Below the pieces are notes generated by a model that had not been told where the DNA came from, did not search any database, and saw only the letters and a program-made list of their open reading frames with translations. A stretch of DNA of 64,000 nucleotides from Alphaproteobacteria bacterium (lineage in GTDB: Bacteria; Pseudomonadota; Alphaproteobacteria; SP197): positions 4,700 through 68,699 of the forward strand of contig CBDCRU010000002.1 of assembly GCA_965221115.1 (NCBI GenBank). Direction: 5' to 3'. Of the stretch, positions 8,929 to 17,559 are shown one piece after another. Positions within the stretch are counted from its first letter, which is position 1, and each line of letters starts with the position of its first letter. Both the position numbers and the translations under genes were made by a program.

Positions 8929-10038
8929 ATGCCCGGAATCGACGACCTTCTGGCCTCTGTCACCAGTGCCGCCGCACGGCCTTTTTCGGATGCCGTGACC
9001 TTGCCCCGCGAGGCCTACGTCGATCCGGACTTCGCTGCCCTCGAGACCCGACGGCTGTTCCTCGGAGACTGGGTCTGCGTCGGCCGCCTGGACGAGATTC
9101 CGGAGCCCGGCGACTACATCACCCACCGTATCGTCGACACCCCCGTGGCCGTGATCCGCCAGCGGGACGTCTCCCTTGCCGCCCTGGTCACCATCTGCCG
9201 CCACCGCGGCGCCGGACTTCTCGAGGGGTGCGGTCACGCCGACCGGATCGTCTGCCCCTACCACGCCTGGACCTACGATCTCACGGGGGGCCTGCTTGGA
9301 GCGCCGTTCAGCGGAGACAGGGTCGATCTTTCGTCCATTTCGCTGCCGCGAGCGCGGACCGACATCTGGGAGGGGTGGATCTACGTCACGCTCGATGATG
9401 ACGTGGCGCCGCTGTCGTCGAGGCTTGGCAGCCTGTCGTCGCGGATCGCCCCATGGTATCCGGCTGACCACGTCATGGTGTGGCGCGCCAACGAGATCTG
9501 GGCCTGCAACTGGAAGACGCTCGCCGAGAACTTCACGGAGAGCTACCACCTCTTCTCCAGTCACCGGGAAACCCTGCAACCCTACACCCCGACCCAGGGC
9601 GTGCACTGCGAGCCGGGAGAAGCGGACTGGAACATCCACTGGATGGACACCACCCGACCGGCGGCGAAGACCCGGCCTGATGCCAGCGCCGAGGCCCGCC
9701 GGCGCTTTCCCCTCATGCACATTTATCCTTCTCACGTGGTCTCCACCAGCCTGGAGCGCGGCTTCTGGATGTCATTGCAGCCCGAGGGCGTCGATCGCGT
9801 CAGGGTGCTGTGGGGCGTGACCGCGGCACGATCCATGGTCCCGGCGGATGACGCCGGATATGCCGCCTTCCGGGATGACATCAAAAGGACATTCGATGCC
9901 GTAAATCTCGAGGACAGGCGAATCGTCGAATCGATCGCCCGCAACCTCAGGAGCGATCACTACAGGCCGGGACCCCTGTGCCCCAAGGAGAGGACCCTGT
10001 GGGAGTTCTGGCGTTATCTCGCCAGGAGGCTGGCATGA
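8929..10038 (+). CDS. Rieske [2Fe-2S] aromatic-ring-hydroxylating oxygenase, alpha-subunit type
   Basis: Rieske motif CRHRGAGL...CPYHAWTY. Catalytic-domain NWKTLAENFTESYHLFSSH. Confidence 0.85.
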   Translation: MPGIDDLLASVTSAAARPFSDAVTLPREAYVDPDFAALETRRLFLGDWVCVGRLDEIPEPGDYITHRIVDTPVAVIRQRDVSLAALVTICRHRGAGLLEGCGHADRIVCPYHAWTYDLTGGLLGAPFSGDRVDLSSISLPRARTDIWEGWIYVTLDDDVAPLSSRLGSLSSRIAPWYPADHVMVWRANEIWACNWKTLAENFTESYHLFSSHRETLQPYTPTQGVHCEPGEADWNIHWMDTTRPAAKTRPDASAEARRRFPLMHIYPSHVVSTSLERGFWMSLQPEGVDRVRVLWGVTAARSMVPADDAGYAAFRDDIKRTFDAVNLEDRRIVESIARNLRSDHYRPGPLCPKERTLWEFWRYLARRLA

Positions 10039-10559
10039 ACCGCGATGATGACAACGCCCTGTGGAGCCGGGTGACGCGTTCGGTGACACCGATGAAGGAC
10101 CGGTCGCCGGTCGCCGATCCGCCGGCGGAACCGCCCCGGCCGGCCGTCACCACCCGCCACTGGCAACCGACAAGGAGCACACCCCGCAAGGCGGTTGCGA
10201 GGCCGCTTGCTCCCGGTGTCGTAGACGGGCTCGACCGCCGCCAGGCGGATCGGTTCAGGCGCGGCCAGCTCACCATCGAGAATCGCCTCGATCTCCATGG
10301 ATTCACCCAACGCGAGGCCCATGCCGAACTTCAGGCCTTTCTCGCCCGCTCCCAGGAACAGGGCCACCGGGTCGTCCTCCTGATCACCGGCAAGGGACAA
10401 AGGGGTCCGCTCGAGGAGCGCACCGGCGTTCTCCGCCGCCTGGTGCCCGAATGGCTGAACGAGCCCTCCATGCGCCGCCGCATCGTCGCCCTCGCCCCGG
10501 CCAGACCGCAGCACGGGGGCGACGGCGCCTACTATCTCTACCTGAAGAAACTGCGTTGA
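10035..10559 (+). CDS. Smr-domain protein
   Basis: ATG 10035 overlaps the Rieske gene stop. C-terminal LDLHGFTQREAHAELQAFL...LLITGKG... is an Smr domain. Confidence 0.8.
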   Translation: MNRDDDNALWSRVTRSVTPMKDRSPVADPPAEPPRPAVTTRHWQPTRSTPRKAVARPLAPGVVDGLDRRQADRFRRGQLTIENRLDLHGFTQREAHAELQAFLARSQEQGHRVVLLITGKGQRGPLEERTGVLRRLVPEWLNEPSMRRRIVALAPARPQHGGDGAYYLYLKKLR

Positions 10560-10575
10560 CAGGCAACGTGGCGCC

Positions 10576-12513
10576 TTGATTGCTGAAACCGGTCACTTTG
10601 CACTGATCCTGGCGCTCCTCCTTGCCCTCCTTCAGGGGACGCTGCCGCTTGCCGGTGCGGCCCGCGGCCATGAGGCGTGGATGAGGCTGGCGACCGGCAC
10701 CGCGCTCGCCCAGGCGGCCATGACGATGATCGCCTTCGCCGCCCTCACCCTTGCCTACATCCACTCGGACTTCTCTCTCGCCAACGTCTTCGAGAACTCC
10801 CATTCCCTCAAGCCAATGCTCTACAAGGTGACCGGCGTGTGGGGCAATCACGAGGGATCCCTCGTGCTGTGGGTCCTGATGCTCGCCATCTTTTCCCTCG
10901 CGGTCGCCCTTCGCGGCGGCGGCCTGCCGCTGGATACGAAGGCAAGGGTTCTCGGCGTCCTCGGCCTCATCGCCGCCGGCTTCCTCGCGTTTTCCCTCTT
11001 CACCTCCAATCCCTTCGAGCGCCTCGACCCGCCGCCCGTGGACGGGCGCGACCTCAACCCCATCCTCCAGGACCCCGGCCTCGCGTTCCATCCGCCGTTT
11101 CTCTATCTCGGCTATGTCGGCCTTTCGGTGACCTTCGCCTTTGCTGTGGCGGCCCTCATCGAGGGCAGGGTCGACCGGCGCTGGGCCCAGTGGGTGCGCC
11201 CCTTCACGCTCGCTTCATGGACCTTTCTCACCATGGGAATCGCGCTGGGAAGCTGGTGGGCCTACTACGAACTCGGATGGGGCGGATGGTGGTTCTGGGA
11301 TCCGGTGGAGAATGCCTCCTTCATGCCGTGGCTGGCAGCCACCGCCCTCCTCCACTCCACGATCGTGACCGGGAAGCGGGAGGCCCTGAAGAGCTGGACC
11401 ATCCTGCTGGCGATCCTCGCATTCTCGCTCAGCCTGCTCGGCACGTTCCTGGTGCGCTCCGGCGTCCTCACCTCCGTCCATGCCTTCGCTGTCGATCCGG
11501 CGCGCGGCGTCTTCATTCTCGCCATCCTGACGGCCGCCATCGGCGGCGCCCTGGCGCTCTATGCCATGCGGGCGCCGTCGCTTCGGCCGGGCGGCCTCTT
11601 CGCTCCGGTGAGCCGCGAGGGGGCGTTGGTCCTCAACAACCTCTTCCTCGCCGCAGGCTGCTTCACGGTGCTCACCGGGACCCTCTATCCCCTGCTCCTC
11701 GATGTCCTCGGCGGCGCCACCGTGTCCGTCGGACCGCCCTACTACGAGATCGTCTTCGTCCCCCTCATGGTTCCGCTTCTCATCCTCGTTGCCCTCGGCA
11801 TGATGGCGCCCTGGAAACGGGCCGACCTCGCCGGCGTGCTGTCGCGCCTCAAGCTGCTGGTGCTGGTCTCGGTCGCGACCCTGGGCGTCGTGTGGTGGTG
11901 GACACTCGAGACATCGCCTCTCCCGGCCTTCGGCATCGCGCTTTCGGTCTGGATCGCCGGGTCGGTGATCCTCGAGTACGGGGAGCGAATCAGGATCTTC
12001 AGATGTCCCCTGCGGCAGAGCTGGCAGCGTGCCCGGCAACTGCCGGCGGCATCCCATGCGATGAATCTCGCCCACCTCGGTCTGGCCGTGTTTGTCGCCG
12101 GCGTGACAGCGTCGTCGGCCTGGCAGACGGAGATCATCCGCACCATGGCGGCGGGCGACCGCCAGGAGATCGCCGGGTACACGCTCGTCTTCGAGGGGGC
12201 AGAGATGGTTGCGGGACCCAACTACGATGCCGAGCGCGGGACATTCCTGGTGACGGCAGACGGCCGCCACGTCACACGCCTCGAACCGGAACGGCGCGCC
12301 TACCTCGTCCAGGCGACGCAGACGACGGAAGCCGCCATTCACACCACTCTCTTCGCCGATCTCTACGTCGTCATCGGCGACGCCGTCGGTGACGGGGCCC
12401 ATGTCGTGCGCCTCTACCACAACCCCCTGGTTCCGTGGATCTGGGGCGGCGCCTTGCTGATGGCGGCAGGAGGCGCCATCGGTCTCGTCCGCCGGAGAGG
12501 GGGACCCTCATGA
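10576..12513 (+). CDS. ccmF: Cytochrome c-type biogenesis heme lyase CcmF
   Basis: 645 aa polytopic protein. WGNHEGSLVLW and WGGWWFWDPVENASFMPW (WWD motif). Confidence 0.95.
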   Translation: MIAETGHFALILALLLALLQGTLPLAGAARGHEAWMRLATGTALAQAAMTMIAFAALTLAYIHSDFSLANVFENSHSLKPMLYKVTGVWGNHEGSLVLWVLMLAIFSLAVALRGGGLPLDTKARVLGVLGLIAAGFLAFSLFTSNPFERLDPPPVDGRDLNPILQDPGLAFHPPFLYLGYVGLSVTFAFAVAALIEGRVDRRWAQWVRPFTLASWTFLTMGIALGSWWAYYELGWGGWWFWDPVENASFMPWLAATALLHSTIVTGKREALKSWTILLAILAFSLSLLGTFLVRSGVLTSVHAFAVDPARGVFILAILTAAIGGALALYAMRAPSLRPGGLFAPVSREGALVLNNLFLAAGCFTVLTGTLYPLLLDVLGGATVSVGPPYYEIVFVPLMVPLLILVALGMMAPWKRADLAGVLSRLKLLVLVSVATLGVVWWWTLETSPLPAFGIALSVWIAGSVILEYGERIRIFRCPLRQSWQRARQLPAASHAMNLAHLGLAVFVAGVTASSAWQTEIIRTMAAGDRQEIAGYTLVFEGAEMVAGPNYDAERGTFLVTADGRHVTRLEPERRAYLVQATQTTEAAIHTTLFADLYVVIGDAVGDGAHVVRLYHNPLVPWIWGGALLMAAGGAIGLVRRRGGPS

Positions 12514-12974
12514 CCGGGCGTCGCCGGCACCGGATTCTCGCAGGCGGCTGGCGCGCCATGCTGCGTGCCCTCGTTCTCCCCGGTTTGCTCATCATCGCCG
12601 CGCCGGAATCTCTCCATGCCGTGGAGCCCGACGAGATCCTCGCCGATTCGGCCATGGAGGCGCGTGCCCGCGATCTGGGGCGCGAACTGCGCTGCCTGGT
12701 TTGCCAGAACCAGTCGATCGAAGATTCCGATGCGCCTCTGGCGCGCGACCTGAGGGTGATCCTGCGCCAGCGTATCGAGGCCGGGGACAGCGACGAGGCG
12801 GCCATCGCCTGGATTGTCGAACGCTACGGCGACTACGTCCTTCTCAGGCCACCGTTGCGCGGTGATACGGTGTTGCTCTGGGGGGCACCGCTGGTGGCGC
12901 TCGTTGGCGGCGCCCTGGTGGTCTTCTTTGCCCTGCGCCGCAACCGGAGCGTCGGGACCGGGGATGCGCCATGA
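12510..12974 (+). CDS. ccmH: Cytochrome c-type biogenesis protein CcmH
   Basis: ATG 12510 overlaps the ccmF stop. LRCLVCQNQSIEDSDAPLARDLR motif with CxxC. Confidence 0.9.
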   Translation: MTGRRRHRILAGGWRAMLRALVLPGLLIIAAPESLHAVEPDEILADSAMEARARDLGRELRCLVCQNQSIEDSDAPLARDLRVILRQRIEAGDSDEAAIAWIVERYGDYVLLRPPLRGDTVLLWGAPLVALVGGALVVFFALRRNRSVGTGDAP

Positions 12975-14065
12975 TCCATCTGGCGCTCGCCAACGTCATT
13001 GCGGCAGCCCTGGTCCTGATGGCGCTGCCCATTCTCTCGCCGGGCGGCAGCCTGCGACGGCGAGGCCTGGTCGTCGCAGCATCTTTCGCCGTCGTCGCCG
13101 GAGCGATCGCCATCTATGCGGCAATCGGATCGCCGCATCTCGCCGACCGGCCCCTTGCCGAACGCGGCGTCGCCACCACCGACCCCGAACTCGCCGGTCT
13201 CATGGAGCGCGCCCGCAGCCGCCTGGAGGAGGAACCGACGGACATCGAGGCCTGGATCTGGATCGCCAATGCCCAGGGTCTTTCCCGGCGCTATGACGAG
13301 GCGGCACTCGCCATGGCCGAGGCGGCTGTCCTCGATCCCGGCAACGCCGAGCACCTCGCCCGGCAGGGTGAATTCATCGTGCTCGCCCACGACGGACTGG
13401 TGACCCCTGCAGCACGGCTCCTTTTCGCGCAATCCCTTGGCATCGACGCCGACCAGCCGGTGGCGCGCTTCTATGGCGGCGTTGCCCTGGCGCAGGCCGG
13501 CGACACGGCGCGCGCGCTGGTGGTCTGGCGCGACCTTCTCGCCGATTCACCCGTGGACGCGCCATGGATCGGCGAACTGCGCCGTCACATGGCGGACGCC
13601 GGGGAGATGGCAGGTGATTCCGTCGACGGCACCCAGGAGATGATTACCGGCATGGTTGAAGGCCTTGCCCGTCGTCTCGAGGACGAGCCGGACGACCTCG
13701 AGGGGTGGAAGCGCCTCGCCCACTCCTACACCGTTCTGGAAGACTGGCCGAAGGCCCGCCAGGCCTATGAGCGGGCCCTCGAACTGGCGCCCGGCGACAC
13801 CGGTCTCGTGGACGGCTTCGCGGCAGCGGTCGCCGCACCCGTCGACCGCACGACCGGTGTCTCCGCCACCGTTCTGGCCGACATGGAACGGGTACTCGAG
13901 GTCCGGCCCGACAACCCCCATGCCCTCTACGTCACCGGCCTTGCAGCGGCGTTGAGCGGCGATGCCGACGGCGCCCGCGAACGCTGGACGCGCCTTCAGG
14001 CTCTCTTCGAGCCGTCGACGAGCGAGTACGCGAGCGTCGGGATGCTCCTCGAGAGCATCGAGTGA
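12971..14065 (+). CDS. ccmI: c-type cytochrome biogenesis protein CcmI/CycH (TPR)
   Basis: Overlaps the ccmH stop. Two N-terminal TM helices followed by TPR-like repeats. Position after ccmFH. Confidence 0.8.
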   Translation: MIHLALANVIAAALVLMALPILSPGGSLRRRGLVVAASFAVVAGAIAIYAAIGSPHLADRPLAERGVATTDPELAGLMERARSRLEEEPTDIEAWIWIANAQGLSRRYDEAALAMAEAAVLDPGNAEHLARQGEFIVLAHDGLVTPAARLLFAQSLGIDADQPVARFYGGVALAQAGDTARALVVWRDLLADSPVDAPWIGELRRHMADAGEMAGDSVDGTQEMITGMVEGLARRLEDEPDDLEGWKRLAHSYTVLEDWPKARQAYERALELAPGDTGLVDGFAAAVAAPVDRTTGVSATVLADMERVLEVRPDNPHALYVTGLAAALSGDADGARERWTRLQALFEPSTSEYASVGMLLESIE

Positions 14066-14076
14066 GAGGCCGGCCC

Positions 14077-15405
14077 CTATCTCTCGTGCCGGTTGAACCA
14101 GACTTCCTTGGCCAGGCGCAGCTTGACGCCAAGACGCGTGAGGAAAGCAGGAGGAAGCGGCTGGGGACTCCCGAGACTCTCCATGTAGGAGATGAGGTCG
14201 TTCTCGCGCCCGCACGCCATGTCGGCAGCGAGCAGCCCGCCGATGGTGCCCTTGGTGACGCCGACCGCATTCTGGCAGACAGCGGCCCAGACATTGCCGG
14301 CGACCTGGCCAAAGCCCGGAGCACCGTTGCGTGACAGGCATATGAACCCTGTCCAGGTGTGCTCCATCGTCACGTCGCCGAGCATGGGGAACCGGGCCTG
14401 GAAAAGGGCATCGTGGTCCCGCCGTGCCGTCATCTGCTCGGCTCTCGTGACCCGGAACTCCGGTGCGTAGCGAAAGCCCTGGCGAATCAGGATCCGGTGA
14501 TCCCGGGTGAAACGCATGGTGATGCCGGCAATGGCGTTGGCCGGCGTGATTCCCCAGTCGTCCTCGCCTCCGAGCGCCAGGCGCTCTGCCTCGTTCAGGG
14601 GCCGCGTCAGGCTGGCATGGGCGGCGATCGGCACGAGATGGCGCCGGAAGAACCCGAACTCGCCGGCAAAGCCGTTGGTGGCGAGAATCATGCGCGCCGC
14701 CCGCACGTTGCCTCCCGGGGTCGCGAGTTCCACCCCGTTTCGCAAGGTCATCGATGTGACGGGCGTGTTCTCGTGGAGGCGGACCCCCTCGGGAAGGTGC
14801 TCGGCCAGACCGCGGGTCAGCGCCGCCGGATTGAAAAGCACGCAGCCCGGCGTATAGACCGCCGCATGGAACGCCGGCGTGCCGACCTCGCCCGCAAGCG
14901 CATCCCGGTCCAGCCAGCGGAAGGGCTCGCCCAGTGCCTCGAGTTCCCGGGCGAAGGGCTCGAGAATCTCCCCTCTTCCGCGCTCCGAACGGGCGGTGTG
15001 GTACTTGCCCCGCCGGCTCCAGTCGCAGGCGATGCCGTGGCCCCGGACCGCCTCGTCGAGGTGATCGATGGCGGCGCGCGCCAGGGCCATGAAGCGATGG
15101 CTGCCCTCGAGTTCGGCCAGAGAATCGCCGACGTTGTGGGGAAGGTCGATGGCAAAGCCGCTGTTGCGCCCCGACGCGTTCTCCCCCGCCTCGCCGGCAT
15201 CGAGAAGGACGATGCTGTCATCCGGCCTGTTTTCAGCGAGGCGCCGCGCCGCCGCCAGCCCGGCCCATCCCGCTCCCACGACCACCCAGTCGGCCACCAC
15301 ATCCCCGGCAAGCGCAGCGCGCGGTGTCCGCGGCCCGAGAATGCGGCTCCAGCCATTGGTCGTGTCATTGACCGGCAGGACCCCGATCGTACGTGTATCC
15401 GGCAT
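14077..15405 (-). CDS. FAD-dependent oxidoreductase (DAO family, PuuB-like)
   Basis: Dinucleotide-binding N-terminus DWVVVGAGWAGLAAARRLAE...LLDAGE...ASGRNSGF. 442 aa. Confidence 0.8.
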   Translation of the reverse strand: MPDTRTIGVLPVNDTTNGWSRILGPRTPRAALAGDVVADWVVVGAGWAGLAAARRLAENRPDDSIVLLDAGEAGENASGRNSGFAIDLPHNVGDSLAELEGSHRFMALARAAIDHLDEAVRGHGIACDWSRRGKYHTARSERGRGEILEPFARELEALGEPFRWLDRDALAGEVGTPAFHAAVYTPGCVLFNPAALTRGLAEHLPEGVRLHENTPVTSMTLRNGVELATPGGNVRAARMILATNGFAGEFGFFRRHLVPIAAHASLTRPLNEAERLALGGEDDWGITPANAIAGITMRFTRDHRILIRQGFRYAPEFRVTRAEQMTARRDHDALFQARFPMLGDVTMEHTWTGFICLSRNGAPGFGQVAGNVWAAVCQNAVGVTKGTIGGLLAADMACGRENDLISYMESLGSPQPLPPAFLTRLGVKLRLAKEVWFNRHER

Positions 15406-15445
15406 CGTCCGGCCTCTCTCCCGTCAGCCCTGAGGTCTTCGGTGA

Positions 15446-15556
15446 CCCTGCAGAGGCGCGGTCCAACCTAGCATGGCGCCTTTCATCCGACGATGTGCAG
15501 CACCGCTCAACAAGGGCGGTTGTCACCGAGACCCCTGACCGGACAACCCGTGCGCC
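15446..15556. repeat. Copy 1 of a diverged ~110-bp direct repeat
   Basis: Aligns by eye at roughly 80% identity with 16997..17107 (shared blocks CCCTGCAG, GACGATGTGC, TTGTCACCGAGAC, CCTGACCGGACA). Lies between the FAD oxidoreductase start and the ATPase stop. Confidence 0.8.
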
Positions 15557-16875
15557 TACGGAATTCTCCACAACCGCGACATCGGCACTGCATGAAAACG
15601 ATCGCCGAAGGGAACGCCGGTCTCGCCGTCATAGAGCACGACACCGCGCACGAAGCGGTCACCGGCGGCCTTCCTGAGTTTGCGCAATCCTCGAAAGTCG
15701 CCCGGGTTCACCGACGCGGCCGCCTTGATTTCCACGCCGGCGACGGCGCCGGACGCCTGCTCCAACACGATATCCGTTTCGGCGCCGTCCTTGTCCCGAA
15801 AATGGAAGAACTCGATCGGTGTGTCCTGCCAACTCGCCTGTCTTCGCAATTCCCGAAACGCAAACGTTTCCAGGAATTGCCCCAGAAGGGTTCGATCTGC
15901 CATCAGAGCCTTGGCGTCGGCGCCGAGCAGGGCCGCGGCGAGGCCGGTATCGGCGAGATGCAACTTCGGACTCTTGACCAGTCGCTTCAGTCGGTTGCCG
16001 TGCCAGGCAGGGAGGCGTTCCAGCAGGAAAAGCCTCTCAAGAAGCGTGACGTAGTCCCCGACCGAGGGCCGACTGAGTTCGAAAGGCGAGGCCAGGCTGC
16101 TGAGGTTGAAGAGCTGGGCGGTCTGCGCGGTTGCGGCGCGCAGGAGCCGCGGCAGGACGTCGAGCGAGCGAACTCGCGTCATGTCCCTGACGTCGCGCTG
16201 GACGAGCGCCTCCACATAGTCGCGATACCAGTTTGCCGAGCGCCTCGCTGTCGGGCGCTCCAATGCCGCGGGATAGCCGCCCGCAACGATCCTCTCGACG
16301 AGGTGCCTTCCGAGACGTTCGCATTGGAACACCGGGAAACCGTCGCCGAAGAGAGCGTTCAGGAAGTCCGCATCGGGACGGGACGGATCTGAACGAAGCG
16401 CAAGCTCATATTGCGTCAGGGGATGCAACGGCACGATTTCCATGCGTCCCGCCAGCGAATCCGACAATCGCGGAACAAGAAAGACATTGGTGGAGCCCGT
16501 AAGCAGGAAACGTCCCGGCACCCGCTGACGGTCGACGGATATCTTCATCGCCTCAAACAGTTCGGGAACGCGTTGGACCTCGTCGAGGATGACGCGCTCC
16601 GGCAATGTCGCGACAAAGCCCGTCGGGTCGGCCCGGGCGCCGTCTCTCGTGACCGGATCGTCGAAGCTGAGGTACGTGTAATCCCGGTCGCCCCGGGAGT
16701 ATCCCCGTGCGAGCCTCGCGCTGTCCCAGGCCAGGTAGTTGGGCGCGCAGGTGAATTGAGCAAGCGTGGTCTTGCCGCACTGACGCGGGCCGTGTATCAG
16801 CACGACCGGTGAATCCTCGAGCGCTTCGACAAGCCGGCGCTCGACGGACCGGGGGTAGAAGACCGGATTCGACAT
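15556..16875 (-). CDS. AAA-family ATPase with DUF4143-type C-terminal domain
   Basis: Walker A GPRQCGKTTLAQ and Walker B-like VILDEVQRVPELF. Overall layout of the AAA_14/DUF4143 family. ATG at 16875. Confidence 0.8.
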   Translation of the reverse strand: MSNPVFYPRSVERRLVEALEDSPVVLIHGPRQCGKTTLAQFTCAPNYLAWDSARLARGYSRGDRDYTYLSFDDPVTRDGARADPTGFVATLPERVILDEVQRVPELFEAMKISVDRQRVPGRFLLTGSTNVFLVPRLSDSLAGRMEIVPLHPLTQYELALRSDPSRPDADFLNALFGDGFPVFQCERLGRHLVERIVAGGYPAALERPTARRSANWYRDYVEALVQRDVRDMTRVRSLDVLPRLLRAATAQTAQLFNLSSLASPFELSRPSVGDYVTLLERLFLLERLPAWHGNRLKRLVKSPKLHLADTGLAAALLGADAKALMADRTLLGQFLETFAFRELRRQASWQDTPIEFFHFRDKDGAETDIVLEQASGAVAGVEIKAAASVNPGDFRGLRKLRKAAGDRFVRGVVLYDGETGVPFGDRFHAVPMSRLWRIP

Positions 16876-16996
16876 CGGCCAATTGTAAGTTCGAAGCTCG
16901 GCTGATTGCAAGGTTATGCATCGGCCAATTGAAAACTAATCCATCGGTTGCAGTTGGGAGAGCGCCCCTTCGGAGGCGGTGACCGGTCACGATTGG

Positions 16997-17107
16997 CCCT
17001 GCAGGGGCACGCTCCAACATAGCACGGTGCCTACCAAGCGACGATGTGCCGCGCCGCTCATCAAGGACACTTGTCACCGAGACGCCTGACCGGACAGATC
17101 ATGTGCT
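16997..17107. repeat. Copy 2 of the diverged ~110-bp direct repeat
   Basis: See copy 1. Lies ~120 nt upstream of the ATPase start codon. Confidence 0.8.
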
Positions 17108-17188
17108 GGCGACAGATTCCGTGGCCCGGCGTTGAAGCGGCCACCGGCCATCCATATTGTACGGTCAATTGCTCTGCCGAGGTGGTGG

Positions 17189-17446
17189 ATGGGCCTCAAC
17201 ATCAAGAACGACGAGACGTGCTTGCTGGCCAGGGAACTCGCCAAACTGACCGGTGAGACCATGACGGGCGCGATCACCGTCGCACTGCGTGAACGCCTGG
17301 AACGTGAGCAGCTCCGCCGCAGCATGGAAGTCCGAGCCGCGGAACTCCGCACCATTGCAGGACGTTGCGCGAAACTCATGGGCCCCGGACTTCCGTCTGT
17401 CGAACACGGCGACATGCTCCATGATGACGAGGGGCTGCCCAGGTGA
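17189..17446 (+). CDS. vapB: VapB-type antitoxin
   Basis: MGLNIKNDETCLLARELAKLTGETMTGAITVALRERLERE is the classic N-terminus of the VapB antitoxin family that pairs with PIN toxins. Stop overlaps the GTG of a vapC stub. Confidence 0.8.
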   Translation: MGLNIKNDETCLLARELAKLTGETMTGAITVALRERLEREQLRRSMEVRAAELRTIAGRCAKLMGPGLPSVEHGDMLHDDEGLPR

Positions 17447-17559
17447 TCGTCGACAGTTTCGCGCTGCTTGTGCGTCTATCCGCTTACGACAACGCTCCGG
17501 TGAGTCAGGGGCACGATTGGCACATCCGTGTTTCCGATCGATCCAGCCAAAGCACGTAG
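17443..17559 (+). pseudogene. Truncated vapC (PIN toxin) stub, 38 codons
   Basis: GTGA overlap with vapB. VIVDSFALLV matches the PIN N-terminus (xIVDTSAL), but the frame ends at TAG 17557..17559 and runs into the convergent MFS gene. Confidence 0.65.

Noticed and set aside
10677-12420. 571-aa (plus strand, alternative frame) and 401-aa (minus strand) ORFs inside ccmF
   Set aside because: Both overlap the unambiguous ccmF reading frame and are Arg/Pro/Gly-rich, so they are GC-driven artefacts. The same reasoning applies to 19401..20498, 24703..25911, 25983..27227, 38341..39468 and similar shadow ORFs.
15446-15556. Assignment of the 110-bp repeat to a known riboswitch class (glycine, guanidine/ykkC, cobalamin, SAM-II)
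   Set aside because: None of the conserved core sequences I remember for these classes is present on either strand.
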